A stretch of 64,000 nt of DNA from an uncultured Alphaproteobacteria bacterium (GTDB taxonomy: Bacteria; Pseudomonadota; Alphaproteobacteria; HIMB59; GCA-002718135): the NCBI GenBank assembly GCA_902621725.1, contig CACNND010000002.1, positions 49-64,048 of the forward strand, written 5' to 3'. Position 1 is the first letter of the stretch, and each line of letters begins with the position of its first letter. Shown here piece after piece: positions 40,469-51,097 of this stretch. The position numbers and the translations under genes are program-made. The notes beneath the pieces were generated by a model. The model was given only the letters and a program-made list of their open reading frames with translations. It was not told the origin of the DNA and made no database searches.

Positions 40469-41097
40469 TCTAAATCTGTAAAAATATTTTTTTTATTTAA
40501 AAACTTTATTAAACCTGTATCGATTTGGTACCACAAACCAATAATATTAAGTTTATTTTCATCAATTAATTTGCCAATAAATTCGTATTCAAGTAAATTT
40601 TTAATTGATTCTTTTATATTTTCCTGCTCAAAAACAGTTATTTTTTTGCTTTCAGAAATATCATTTGGAATTTTTTTGTAAGAGTTCTCTAAACAGGTTA
40701 CCCATTTATTTATATATTCAAAATTATTTTTATTTTTATTATCTTTCATTGATTTGTAAAAATACTCAACTCCACCACAATTTGAGTGACCAAGAATAAT
40801 TAAATTAGGAATTTTTAATACTTTTAAGGCGTACTCAATTGCAGACAATGTTTGTATATTTTGTTTCTTGTCATTTTTGGAAGGTACTATATTTGCAATA
40901 TTTCTATGTATAAAAAAATCACCTACACTTCCACAGAAAATTGTATTTTCAAGAATTCTAGAATCACAGCATGTAATGATCATAGCAATTGGTTTTTGTT
41001 GAGTTTCAGTAGCCTGTTGGTAAATATTTTTATAATTCTGAAAAGTGTTCTTTTTCCAGAATTGATATCTTTCAACTAAAAATTTTGGTATTTCCAT
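40465..41097 (-). CDS. beta-class carbonic anhydrase
   Basis: 210 aa with the zinc ligand motifs CCDSR and GHSNCGG. Confidence 0.85.
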   Translation of the reverse strand: MEIPKFLVERYQFWKKNTFQNYKNIYQQATETQQKPIAMIITCCDSRILENTIFCGSVGDFFIHRNIANIVPSKNDKKQNIQTLSAIEYALKVLKIPNLIILGHSNCGGVEYFYKSMKDNKNKNNFEYINKWVTCLENSYKKIPNDISESKKITVFEQENIKESIKNLLEYEFIGKLIDENKLNIIGLWYQIDTGLIKFLNKKNIFTDLD

Positions 41098-41133
41098 ACT
41101 ATTATTTATTAAATTATTTATATATCAAAATAA

Positions 41134-42117
41134 ATGAAAAAAGAAATTAGCAGAAAATTCTGTGTAGCACCAATGATGGGTTATACAACACCATATGCAA
41201 GAAAACTTTATAGAATATTATCTAAGCATACATTTCTTTTTAGTGAAATGATAGCTACTAAATCACTAATTTATTCTAAAAATAGAAGCAATATAATCGA
41301 TAATGATTCTAATAATCCAGTTGCACTTCAAGTTGGAGGATCTGAAATTAATGATCTAAAGAAAGCGTCAATAATTGCTTTAGAGCATAATTATGATGAG
41401 ATAAATCTAAACGTCGGTTGTCCAAGTAAAGCTGTCCAGAAGGGTAGTTTTGGTGCATGTTTAATGAACGACAAAACTTTAGTTAGGAACTGTATCGAGG
41501 CTTTACAACATGATAAAATTGAAGCTACTTTAAAATGTAGGCTTGGTTTAGGTAAAGAATTAAATTACGAATTTTTTGAGGAATTTATTGATGAAATATC
41601 AAAAAGTGGGATTAAAGTTATCTATGTTCATGCAAGAAATGCAATATTAACTGGTATTAGTCCTCAAGCTAATAGAACTGTTCCACCCTTAAATTATAAT
41701 TATGTGAATAGAATTAAAAAAAAATATCCTCAAATAAATTTTATTTTAAATGGTGGAATAGATAGTTTAGATAAAGCTTCTTTTCTAATTAATCAATTCG
41801 ATGGTGTGATGATAGGTAGATTGATTAAAAATAATCCATTCATTCTAAATAAAATCGATAAAGAAATTTTTGGTGCAAGTTTTGAAAAAACTGATGGTGA
41901 AGAAATAATTAATAATTATTTTAATTATATAAGACCAATTTTAGGAAAAGATTCTATATTTCGATTATTAAGTCCAATAATAGGTATTTTTTTTGGAGTT
42001 CCAGAAAGTAAATTTATTAAAAAAAAAATTAATGAAATTCTTCATAATAAAGAACTAGATTTGATGCAGAAAATTCTTATTGATTTTATAAAAGAAAAAA
42101 AATACCTATTTAACTAG
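41134..42117 (+). CDS. dusA: tRNA-dihydrouridine synthase A
   Basis: 327 aa with CVAPMMGYT, NLNVGCPS and HARNA motifs. Confidence 0.85.
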   Translation: MKKEISRKFCVAPMMGYTTPYARKLYRILSKHTFLFSEMIATKSLIYSKNRSNIIDNDSNNPVALQVGGSEINDLKKASIIALEHNYDEINLNVGCPSKAVQKGSFGACLMNDKTLVRNCIEALQHDKIEATLKCRLGLGKELNYEFFEEFIDEISKSGIKVIYVHARNAILTGISPQANRTVPPLNYNYVNRIKKKYPQINFILNGGIDSLDKASFLINQFDGVMIGRLIKNNPFILNKIDKEIFGASFEKTDGEEIINNYFNYIRPILGKDSIFRLLSPIIGIFFGVPESKFIKKKINEILHNKELDLMQKILIDFIKEKKYLFN

Positions 42118-42644
42118 AAAGGAATTTGATAAGATAAAGTGATTATTTCAGCTCCAGGATTTTTTTCACCAGTATTTGCATTGGAAATATGTCCTAAGGA
42201 GATTCCAATTCTATTTTCATTTTTCAAAGTTCGACTTACTTCAAAAGTTGTTCTAAATTGAATACAGCTACCTAATTTTTTTCCTTGTCCTTCATCAAAA
42301 TAACCTATGTTAAAACTGGGGGTAAAATTATATTTGTTTTTGCTACCTGTAAAAAGTTTACCCAAATTATCTTCTAAATAAATTCCAGCTGAGAGATATG
42401 ATGCGGAGTCAGAAGTATACTCAATTCCAAACGTTGGTTTTAAGTAAAAAAAATTATCCTGTTCTGGTCCAATTTTATAAATTACATCATCTAATCTTAA
42501 TTCATACTTATAGTCAGTTGCAAGATTATTGCCTTGTAAATCTTCATCCAGCTCGAAATCAAAAAAACCTATTCCAAATACATGATAGTTATTTGCATTT
42601 ACTGAAGATGAAATTAATAAAATAATAGCTAAAAATTTCAACAT
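42114..42644 (-). CDS. outer-membrane acyloxyacyl hydrolase / lipid A 3-O-deacylase (PagL-like)
   Basis: 176 aa with a signal peptide, beta-barrel-like alternation and GHISNA (the H-x-S-N catalytic motif of PagL). Confidence 0.6.
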   Translation of the reverse strand: MLKFLAIILLISSSVNANNYHVFGIGFFDFELDEDLQGNNLATDYKYELRLDDVIYKIGPEQDNFFYLKPTFGIEYTSDSASYLSAGIYLEDNLGKLFTGSKNKYNFTPSFNIGYFDEGQGKKLGSCIQFRTTFEVSRTLKNENRIGISLGHISNANTGEKNPGAEIITLSYQIPF

Positions 42645-42674
42645 AGTTAATTTTATTAAAAAATAAATATATTA

Positions 42675-43541
42675 TCAAACAAAAAATTCTTTATTTTGAT
42701 TTGAAATCTCAATTAATGATTTTTTTAGCTTTGCTAGGGCTTTGGTTTCTATTTGCCGAACTCTTTCCTTACTAATCTTTAACATCTTTCCTAGCTCATC
42801 AAGAGTAATACTTTTCTCTTTAAGTTTCCTCAGCTTAATAATTGTTTTTTCTCTATCATTGAGTGTATCAATTGCGCTTTCTATATAATTTTTTTTAATT
42901 TGATTATCATTTAACTCTTCAAATATTTCTTCTGGATTATCTCTTTCATCAGCAAGAAGATCCATTAAGTCATTCTCATTTTCAGCATCAACACGCTGAT
43001 TTAAGTGCAAATCTCCGCCAGTTAATCTTGATTCCATATTTTGTACTTCAATAGACTTAACTCTAAGCATTTCTGAGACTTTGTTAATTTCATTTTGACC
43101 CATGAATTCCCTTGAAACATCATTTATTTGTTGTTTTATTTTTTTTAGATTAAAAAATAGAGCCTTTTGAGAGGCTGTGGATCCTGTTCTGACTACTGAC
43201 CAGTTTTTAAGAATATAGTCTTGTATGGAAGCTCTTATCCACCATGAAGCATATGTGGAGAGCCTAAAATCTTTAGATGTATCAAACTTATCTAAGGAAT
43301 GCATAATACCTAAAACACCTTCATGTATTAAATCGTCAGTTGGTAAGCCATAGCTAGAATATTTTCTAGCGTAAGAAACGGCTAATCTTAAATATGAGTT
43401 TAGTATTTTTTGGAGTGATTTAGGATTTCTATTATTTCTCCAATCGTCAATTAGGTAAAATTCTTCATTTTTTTCAAGGATAGCTGCTTTTTTTGCAACA
43501 TCTATAAGATTACTTTTAAAAAATTGATAATTTGTGTTCAT
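42675..43541 (-). CDS. rpoH: RNA polymerase sigma-32 factor
   Basis: 288 aa with the RpoH box QKALFFNLKK and sigma-70 regions 2-4. Confidence 0.9.
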   Translation of the reverse strand: MNTNYQFFKSNLIDVAKKAAILEKNEEFYLIDDWRNNRNPKSLQKILNSYLRLAVSYARKYSSYGLPTDDLIHEGVLGIMHSLDKFDTSKDFRLSTYASWWIRASIQDYILKNWSVVRTGSTASQKALFFNLKKIKQQINDVSREFMGQNEINKVSEMLRVKSIEVQNMESRLTGGDLHLNQRVDAENENDLMDLLADERDNPEEIFEELNDNQIKKNYIESAIDTLNDREKTIIKLRKLKEKSITLDELGKMLKISKERVRQIETKALAKLKKSLIEISNQNKEFFV

Positions 43542-43572
43542 ATATATTTATACGTATAAAAAGTAATTTAGA

Positions 43573-44388
43573 TCATTTTGATTCAAAAATTTCTAAAATA
43601 TCCCCGTTTTCATTAAATAAACCAGCTTTAATTTTGTTGTTACTAAGAGGTTGCTCAAATAATGTGCAAACTAACTTATCTTTTGGAGAAACATTTTCAT
43701 CTTTATTGTGTTTTGATTCATAACCCCTGACAATTCTTATAAAACTGTAATATGGTTTATTAATTTTAGAAAAATTTTGGTACCCCCACCAAAAACAATC
43801 ATTTTGAGCGGATAATGGCCTACTTATATCAACTCCTCTATTCACAAATAGTATTTTTTTGTTCGAAGAATAAGCAGCATGTTTTAAGTTTGAAAAATAT
43901 TCTTTATGACCTGGAGTATTTATAATCTTTTGATTTAATTTTGATGTCCACTTTGAAATTGAGACAGTCCCAGAAGATGCAATGTTTATTACTTCATTTT
44001 TTTGAAAACCATATGACCTCAAAGTTTCATCCACACCATGTTCAAACATCCAATGGATTATTTCGCTAGGATTTGGAGCTATTTGCAACTGAAGTAACTT
44101 ATTAAACATTTCTTCTTGGGCACCTCTTAAAAAAATTATCTCGTCCGGTTTAAGTTTAAATTTTGCCATTAATGAGAATCTAAAACTTATAATGCTTGAT
44201 AAAGTTTTCTTTGAATTATTTCCTAATCCAATTACATTACCGAGAAAGATTAATTTATCATTCTTTGTAAAATTATTTAGAATATATTTACTAACTGAAT
44301 CGAATGCCTGTAAATTTGAGTGAATAGAACCTATGGCCCATATTCTAGAAGAGTTTTTTATTTCAATAAATTGGCTTTCTTTTTCCAA
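43573..44388 (-). CDS. metallophosphatase-fold homolog with degenerate metal-binding motifs
   Basis: 271 aa. Motif positions align to the PPP/ApaH-type GDxHG, GDxxDRG and GNHE motifs but read GSIHS, GNVIGLG and RGAQE. Confidence 0.5.
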   Translation of the reverse strand: MEKESQFIEIKNSSRIWAIGSIHSNLQAFDSVSKYILNNFTKNDKLIFLGNVIGLGNNSKKTLSSIISFRFSLMAKFKLKPDEIIFLRGAQEEMFNKLLQLQIAPNPSEIIHWMFEHGVDETLRSYGFQKNEVINIASSGTVSISKWTSKLNQKIINTPGHKEYFSNLKHAAYSSNKKILFVNRGVDISRPLSAQNDCFWWGYQNFSKINKPYYSFIRIVRGYESKHNKDENVSPKDKLVCTLFEQPLSNNKIKAGLFNENGDILEIFESK

Positions 44389-44390
44389 AA

Positions 44391-44894
44391 CTATTTTTTG
44401 TTAAGTATCTGTTCTATCTTTTCTGTAGATTGAAAATAATCTGTTTTTTCTACAGCAGCAACTTCTCTTGCTAGTCTCTCTATTGCTACTTGAAACATTT
44501 GTCTTTCACTATATGATTGCTCAGATTGACTATTTTTTCTAAACAAATCTCTAACAACTTCAGCTATTTTAATTGGGTCTCCTGAGAAAATTTTTGAATC
44601 ATATTCTTGTGCTCTCCTACTCCACATTATTCTCCTAATTTTTGGCTTTAACTTTAATGTAGAAAATACTTCTTCAATTATCTTCTTAGAAGAGATCTTC
44701 CTTAATCCAACTTCTTCTTGCTTGTCTAAAGGCACTCTAATTGTTAACTTTGATTGTTCCATTTTTACAACATAAAATTGAGTTTTTATACTTCCAATAA
44801 CCATATTCTCGATTTTTATAATTTCACCAACACCATGTTTTGGATAAACAACAATTTCACCTATTTTAAATGCTAAATTTTTTTTATTACTCAT
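44391..44894 (-). CDS. carD: CarD/CdnL-family transcriptional regulator
   Basis: 167 aa with a Tudor-like N-terminus (GEIVVYPKHGVGEI) and a CarD C-terminal domain. Confidence 0.85.
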   Translation of the reverse strand: MSNKKNLAFKIGEIVVYPKHGVGEIIKIENMVIGSIKTQFYVVKMEQSKLTIRVPLDKQEEVGLRKISSKKIIEEVFSTLKLKPKIRRIMWSRRAQEYDSKIFSGDPIKIAEVVRDLFRKNSQSEQSYSERQMFQVAIERLAREVAAVEKTDYFQSTEKIEQILNKK

Positions 44895-45226
44895 TAACTT
44901 CCGGGTTTTTCACTAAAATGGTTTTTGAGTTTATTTGGAACATCTTGCCATTTACTTGCATCAATTGGTGGATCTTTTTTTTGATTAATATTTGGCCATA
45001 TTTCAGCATATTTTCTATTTAATTGAGCCCATTTCTCAGCTCCATCTTCAGTGTCAGAAAAAATAGCCTCTACAGGACATTCTGGTTCACACACTCCACA
45101 ATCTATGCATTCGTCAGGATGAATAACAAGCATATTTTCTCCTTCATAAAAACAATCAACTGGGCAGACTTCTACACAGTCCATATGCTTACACTTTATA
45201 CATTTTTCATCTACTACATACGTCAT
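44894..45226 (-). CDS. fdxA: 7Fe ferredoxin
   Basis: 110 aa with [14 protein letters not shown] and [12 protein letters not shown] clusters. Confidence 0.9.
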   Translation of the reverse strand: MTYVVDEKCIKCKHMDCVEVCPVDCFYEGENMLVIHPDECIDCGVCEPECPVEAIFSDTEDGAEKWAQLNRKYAEIWPNINQKKDPPIDASKWQDVPNKLKNHFSEKPGS

Positions 45227-45678
45227 TGGTTTATACCTAAATTACTTAGTGCTCTTTTTTTTGCATTTCCAGAATTAACATCCGATATGTATAACAAACC
45301 AGATATCCTTCTAATTAAGCTGGATTCATATTCATGTACATTTCCATCTGAAAGGATGATTTCCCAAAGTGTTTCAACTAATAGAATTTTTTTGCTTTCA
45401 GAATAGTTTTTGTTTATTTTAGACGTATAAAAATAAAGTGAATTAGTATTATTTTTATTTTTCACACATTTATCTAAAACAGCAATAACATTCATTTCAT
45501 CCTCTTGAAAAATATTTACTAGAATTGACTTAATTCTATCCTCTTCTAACTTTTCTAGTACTCCATCGGAATATGCTGCTTCAACCATTAAACCACATAT
45601 GATTTCAAGATTTTCATTATCATTTTTTGAAATAGATTTATCATCTTTTTCAAAAAATTTTTTAAGTAAATTAATCAC
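45223..45678 (-). CDS. TerB-like (tellurite-resistance TerB family) protein
   Basis: 151 aa with two helical repeats carrying SDG motifs ([13 protein letters not shown] and [11 protein letters not shown]). Confidence 0.5.
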   Translation of the reverse strand: MINLLKKFFEKDDKSISKNDNENLEIICGLMVEAAYSDGVLEKLEEDRIKSILVNIFQEDEMNVIAVLDKCVKNKNNTNSLYFYTSKINKNYSESKKILLVETLWEIILSDGNVHEYESSLIRRISGLLYISDVNSGNAKKRALSNLGINQ

Positions 45679-45698
45679 TTTAATATCTCACAATTTTA

Positions 45699-48245
45699 TC
45701 AAAGAAGTTTTTCTAAAACCGCAAAAGGAGAATTAGGATCTTTTTTGATAGTTTTTTTCTTATTAGATGCTTTTAATAAATTTAATTTGTTCTTTTTATT
45801 TATTTTTTTATTTTTTTCAATCTTTCTAGAAAAATATAAATATTTGTCATCTTTTAATTTAAATGAAGAATATCCACAAAAACTTAGTATTTCATTTAAT
45901 TGCTGACTATTACAACCTATTGGATTCATTAAGTCAGAGGTTTCTAGAAATGGTCCATATTTTATTTTTTTTCTTGCTAAAAAGAAAATTTTTTCAAAAA
46001 CATCAACTCTAAAGGCAAATTTTTTAATGCACAAATATCCAATGGCATACCAGTAATTAGTAGGTAAATTTAACTCTGTGGTAAACGAAACTCTTCCATT
46101 ATTAGGAATAGGTAAAAACTGATCAGATTTTATATTATTTGATATGACCCATAAAGCAGCATTTAATTCTATTGCTTTTTTTTTCAAGAAATTTGGAATA
46201 TAGAAAAACTTTGCTCCAGTACGAATACCCAATGAAGACAATTTATTTTTATCTATTTGATTCATATTTTTTATATATTTTGTAAATTCTTCAACAGGAA
46301 ACATGCCCTGATTTTCATAGCAATTATATGCAATCGCTCTAATCTCAGGACTTATGTCACTTTCAATTTCATCTAATTTAGGATTTAAATGATCTGAAAT
46401 TTCTTTTTCAATCCACTTTTGTAATTTAGATGAAACCAATAACCTTTGCTCAGATGATAAAAGTTCTGTGTTAAAGGCATCAGCAGTTGGTAAATAAATT
46501 TTTGATCCCTTAAGAAGTTTTCCTATAGGTTCTTCACCCCAATAAATTATAACATTACCATTTAGTTTGATTTTGGAAATATCACCTAAATTTAATGAAT
46601 CAAAAGGTGCATTTAAAAAATTTTCAATTTTTTTATCAATCATTTTTTTTATAGATTTTTTAACATGGCTAATAGAAAAAAGTGAGTAAGAAATATCTTT
46701 TTTATAAATTTTTAAATCAAAACCTTCAATATTTCCATATTTTTTTCCATCTAATATTACCTCATTTTGAGGATTAATTTCTATATCTTTTACATTTTCA
46801 CCTATTGATGAATTTATAAAATGTTTTGAGGATGTATCTATAAATTTATTTGTCAAACTAATATGAAGATTGTCAGACAAATCGTTTTCGATTTGTTGGG
46901 TTTTTTCTTTCCAATAATTAGAATTATTTAACCAATTATGATTATTCGAGATGTATGTCCACGTTCTTATTTGAGATATTTTAATTGTTAATTCTGGAAT
47001 ACCGCCACCAAAATCCTGGAGCTTCATAACTTTTTTATTTATCCAATCTTCAGGGATTTTATAATTATTCTTTATTAAGGTAAGAAAAGTTTCTTTTAAA
47101 AGTAAGAGATAATTATCATTAAATAGTTTTTCAAAATCTGGTATTTGACAAATACTCCATAATAGCTCTAAATTTTTTTTTGATGTAAGAAAGATTTTTA
47201 TCTCATTATCGTTAATCAAATTTCTAAAATTTATTTCGTCTAAAGCATTTTTTTTATGTATTAGATAATTGTGTATAGGATATTTCTTCAATGAAGATAG
47301 TAGTAAATCAATAGAGTTAAAATCTAAATCGCTATTCCTCCAATAAATTTTTTGAATATTATCAAAATTGTGCGTTTCTATTTGTTGTATTATCAAAGGA
47401 TCTAAGCTACCAGCCTCTTTAGTGTAACTAAAGGTACCATCTTTTTTATATCTACCTGCTCTTCCTGCAATTTGACCTATTTCATTTGGCGCAAGATTAC
47501 GATTATACCTACCATCAAATTTCTCTAATGATGAAAAACTTACATGATTAATATTCAAATTTAAACCCATACCAATAGCATCCGTTGCTACAAGATAATC
47601 AACATTTTTACTTTCATATACTTCAACTTGAGCATTTCTTGTTCTTGGGCTAAGCGATCCTAAAACAACTGCAGTACCACCTTTATGAGTTCTAATATTT
47701 TCAGCAATTTCGTAAACTTTATTAATATTGAATGCAATTATTGCAGATCTTGGTTCAAGTTTTGAGAAGTTTTGTTTTCTAAGAAATGTAAGTTGAGAGA
47801 ATCTTTTTTTTTTTTCTATTTTGATTTTTGGATATATTTTTTTTAATACATGTTCTATATTTAAAGAACCTAAAAAAATTGTTTGAAAATTACCTTTAAA
47901 ATTTAAAATTCTATCTGTAAAAATATATCCTCTTTCATAGTCAGCTGCTAATTGAATTTCATCAATTATTACACAGTCTACAGAAATATTCTTAGGCATT
48001 GATTCAACGGTACAAAAAAAATATTTTGCTTCTTTTGGAAGAATTTTTTCCTCTCCAGTAATTAATGCAACATTACTAAGCCCAATTTTTTTTACAGCTT
48101 TGTCGTAATTCTCTCTAGCAAGTAATCTTAAAGGAAAGCCAAAGATTCCTGAAGAATATGATAACAATTTTTCAAATGCTGAATAAGTCTTTCCTGTGTT
48201 GGTAGGTCCAAGTATGGCTAATAAATTTTCATCATTATTAGACAT
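45699..48245 (-). CDS. Suv3-like superfamily-2 helicase
   Basis: 848 aa with Walker A GPTNTGKT, DEIQ and GRAGR, plus a long C-terminal extension as in alphaproteobacterial Suv3 homologs. Confidence 0.75.
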   Translation of the reverse strand: MSNNDENLLAILGPTNTGKTYSAFEKLLSYSSGIFGFPLRLLARENYDKAVKKIGLSNVALITGEEKILPKEAKYFFCTVESMPKNISVDCVIIDEIQLAADYERGYIFTDRILNFKGNFQTIFLGSLNIEHVLKKIYPKIKIEKKKRFSQLTFLRKQNFSKLEPRSAIIAFNINKVYEIAENIRTHKGGTAVVLGSLSPRTRNAQVEVYESKNVDYLVATDAIGMGLNLNINHVSFSSLEKFDGRYNRNLAPNEIGQIAGRAGRYKKDGTFSYTKEAGSLDPLIIQQIETHNFDNIQKIYWRNSDLDFNSIDLLLSSLKKYPIHNYLIHKKNALDEINFRNLINDNEIKIFLTSKKNLELLWSICQIPDFEKLFNDNYLLLLKETFLTLIKNNYKIPEDWINKKVMKLQDFGGGIPELTIKISQIRTWTYISNNHNWLNNSNYWKEKTQQIENDLSDNLHISLTNKFIDTSSKHFINSSIGENVKDIEINPQNEVILDGKKYGNIEGFDLKIYKKDISYSLFSISHVKKSIKKMIDKKIENFLNAPFDSLNLGDISKIKLNGNVIIYWGEEPIGKLLKGSKIYLPTADAFNTELLSSEQRLLVSSKLQKWIEKEISDHLNPKLDEIESDISPEIRAIAYNCYENQGMFPVEEFTKYIKNMNQIDKNKLSSLGIRTGAKFFYIPNFLKKKAIELNAALWVISNNIKSDQFLPIPNNGRVSFTTELNLPTNYWYAIGYLCIKKFAFRVDVFEKIFFLARKKIKYGPFLETSDLMNPIGCNSQQLNEILSFCGYSSFKLKDDKYLYFSRKIEKNKKINKKNKLNLLKASNKKKTIKKDPNSPFAVLEKLL

Positions 48246-48249
48246 TAAA

Positions 48250-50892
48250 TTATGCAGCTTCTGATATTATTTCATTTAATACGTAGTTTAAAATTCCTCC
48301 AGCTTTGTAATATTCCAGCTCTTTATTTGTATCTATTCTACACTTCAAATTTATACTTTTATTTTCTTTAGATTTAATTTCACAATTAAGTACAATGCCT
48401 GGTTTAAGTTTATCAAAACCAAATATAGATATAGATTCATCGCCTTGAATATTGAGGCTTGTTTTATTTTCATCATTCATAAATTCAAGTGGCAAAACTC
48501 CCATACCAATTAAGTTTGATCTATGAATTCTCTCAAAACTCTCAGCAATTACAGCTCTGACACCTAGAAGTCTTGTTCCTTTAGCAGCCCAATCTCTTGA
48601 TGAGCCTGTGCCATATTCTTTACCAGCAATTACAACTGTATCAATATTGCTATTTATGTATTCTTGAGCAGCATCATATATTGACATTCGTTTATTTGAT
48701 ATGAAAGATTTTGTGTAACCCCCTTCAACATTATCTAAAATTTGATTTTTAATTCTTATGTTTGCAAAGGTGCCTCTCATCATTATCTCATGATTACCAC
48801 GCCTTGATCCGTAGGAATTAAAATTCCTAGAATTAATTTGTCTATCAGTTAAGTAAGCTCCAGCAGGACTATCTTCTTTGATGCTTCCTGCAGGAGAAAT
48901 GTGATCTGTAGTTACACTATCTCCCAGTAAGGCCAATATTCTTGCATCTTTAATATCTTTTAATTCAAACTTATTTTTTGTATCAAAAAAAGGTGGGTGT
49001 TTTATATAAGTACTAGTATCATTCCAATCGTATGTGGTATTTTTATTACTTTTAATTGATTTCCAATTTTCATCACCTTTGTATATTTGTTTATATCTTT
49101 CTTTAAACATTTCTGGAGTAAGGCAAATACTAAGAGTTTGATTAATTTCGTTATTTGTTGGCCATAAATCCTTTAAAAAAATTTTTTTTCCAGATTTAGA
49201 TTTAGCTAATGGATCAGTTGTGAGATTAATATTGATATTGCCTGCAATAGCGTAAGCTACTACAAGGGGAGGTGAGGCAAGAAAATTTGCTTTTACATCT
49301 TGATGTACCCTACCTTCAAAATTTCTATTTCCAGATAGAACTGAGCAAACTGTCAAATTGTTTGATTTTATTTCACTAGAAACCCAATCATCTAAAGGAC
49401 CGGAATTACCAATACAAGTTGTACATCCATATCCAACTGTATTGAAACCAAGTTTGTCTAGATGTTTAGTTAAACCAGCTTTATCAAGATAATCACTAAC
49501 AACTTTGCTGCCTGGTGCCAAACTTGTCTTAACCCAGGGTTTAACCTCCAAACCTAAATCAATTGCCTTTTTAGCAAGTAGCCCAGCAGAAATCATTACG
49601 TTTGGATTGGAGGTATTTGTACAACTGGTAATCGCTGCTATTACTATATCTCCAGTATTTAATCTGTCCTCATTAATATTTAAATTATTATCCATTTTAT
49701 TAAATACTGTTGGAACATCTTTTAAAAGAATTTTATCTTGAGGTCTTTTAGGTCCAGCAAGAGAAGGTTCAATTGAATCTAGTTCTAATATTATTTTATC
49801 AAAAAATTCTGGAGCGTAATTTTCATCTACCCAAAGAGTTTGTGCTTTTGAATATTCTTTTACAATATTTAGATGTTCATCATCTTTCCCAGTCAATTTA
49901 AGATAGTTAATTGTTTCTTGGTCTGTTGGAAAAAATCCACAAGTTGCACCATATTCTGGAGCCATATTTGAAATTGTTGCTCGATCAGCCAATGATAAAT
50001 TTTTAAGGCCAGTTCCATAAAATTCTACAAATTTTCCAACTACTCCCTTATCCCTAAGAATTTTAGTTATTGATAAAACTAAATCAGTTGCTGTAATGCC
50101 TTCCTTCAGTGATCCTTTAAGCTCAAAACCAACTACATCTGGGATATTCATTGAGATGGCTTGTCCTAACATTGCTGCTTCAGCTTCAATTCCTCCTACA
50201 CCCCAACCAAGAACAGATAGAGAATTAACCATTGTTGTATGACTGTCTGTACCTACTACAGAGTCTGGAAATAAATAGTTTTTATTTTCTATCTTTTTTA
50301 ACCATATTGTTTTTGCAATATTTTCTAAATTCACCTGATGACAAATTCCAGCACCAGGAGGCACTAAATAAAAGTTATTAAATGAACTTTGACCCCATTT
50401 TAAAAATTCGTACCTTTCTTTATTTCTATTAAATTCCTTCTTAACGTTTTCTTTTAATGAGTTTTTATTTTTATAGTTATCAACCATAACAGAGTGATCT
50501 ATAACTAGATCTACTCTAGAAAGTGGATTTATCTTTTTTGGCTCTATTCCTCTTGATTTAAGAGCATTTCTCATTGCTGCCAAGTCTGCAACAGCTGGTA
50601 CACCAGTAAAATCTTGCATTAGTACACGTGTAGGGAAGAAAGCTATTTCAATCTTTTCATCTTCTTTTTCAGTATCTTTTAAAGAAGAAAAAATTTTTGA
50701 AATCATGTCTTTACTAATATTTTCTCCATCTTCATTTCTAAGTAGGTTTTCTATTATAATCTTTATTGAAATTGGAATTTTTTTTAGGTCAACATCAAAA
50801 TGTTTAGCTGCCTTGTTTAAATCAAAATAGCTAAATCTTTGGTTATTTATTTCAATTTTATGTTCTGAATTAAATGAATTTATATTTTTCAT
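48250..50892 (-). CDS. acnA: aconitate hydratase A
   Basis: 880 aa with aconitase Fe-S ligand cysteines (ITSCTNTSNP, GCTTCIGNSG). Confidence 0.95.
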   Translation of the reverse strand: MKNINSFNSEHKIEINNQRFSYFDLNKAAKHFDVDLKKIPISIKIIIENLLRNEDGENISKDMISKIFSSLKDTEKEDEKIEIAFFPTRVLMQDFTGVPAVADLAAMRNALKSRGIEPKKINPLSRVDLVIDHSVMVDNYKNKNSLKENVKKEFNRNKERYEFLKWGQSSFNNFYLVPPGAGICHQVNLENIAKTIWLKKIENKNYLFPDSVVGTDSHTTMVNSLSVLGWGVGGIEAEAAMLGQAISMNIPDVVGFELKGSLKEGITATDLVLSITKILRDKGVVGKFVEFYGTGLKNLSLADRATISNMAPEYGATCGFFPTDQETINYLKLTGKDDEHLNIVKEYSKAQTLWVDENYAPEFFDKIILELDSIEPSLAGPKRPQDKILLKDVPTVFNKMDNNLNINEDRLNTGDIVIAAITSCTNTSNPNVMISAGLLAKKAIDLGLEVKPWVKTSLAPGSKVVSDYLDKAGLTKHLDKLGFNTVGYGCTTCIGNSGPLDDWVSSEIKSNNLTVCSVLSGNRNFEGRVHQDVKANFLASPPLVVAYAIAGNININLTTDPLAKSKSGKKIFLKDLWPTNNEINQTLSICLTPEMFKERYKQIYKGDENWKSIKSNKNTTYDWNDTSTYIKHPPFFDTKNKFELKDIKDARILALLGDSVTTDHISPAGSIKEDSPAGAYLTDRQINSRNFNSYGSRRGNHEIMMRGTFANIRIKNQILDNVEGGYTKSFISNKRMSIYDAAQEYINSNIDTVVIAGKEYGTGSSRDWAAKGTRLLGVRAVIAESFERIHRSNLIGMGVLPLEFMNDENKTSLNIQGDESISIFGFDKLKPGIVLNCEIKSKENKSINLKCRIDTNKELEYYKAGGILNYVLNEIISEAA

Positions 50893-51097
50893 AATAATTT
50901 TAATTAATAATTATAATAAATAAATAGTATGAAGATAATTTTTTGTATAGCAAAATGTTAATTTATTATTAGAAATCTGCCAAAAAATATTAAAATTTCA
51001 AAATAAGTTTTTTAAAATTTATTTTTTTAAAGATAATATTTTGTATGTTTATAAATATTTTAAAATACTGCTATATTGTTGACTTTAAGCGTAAGTT

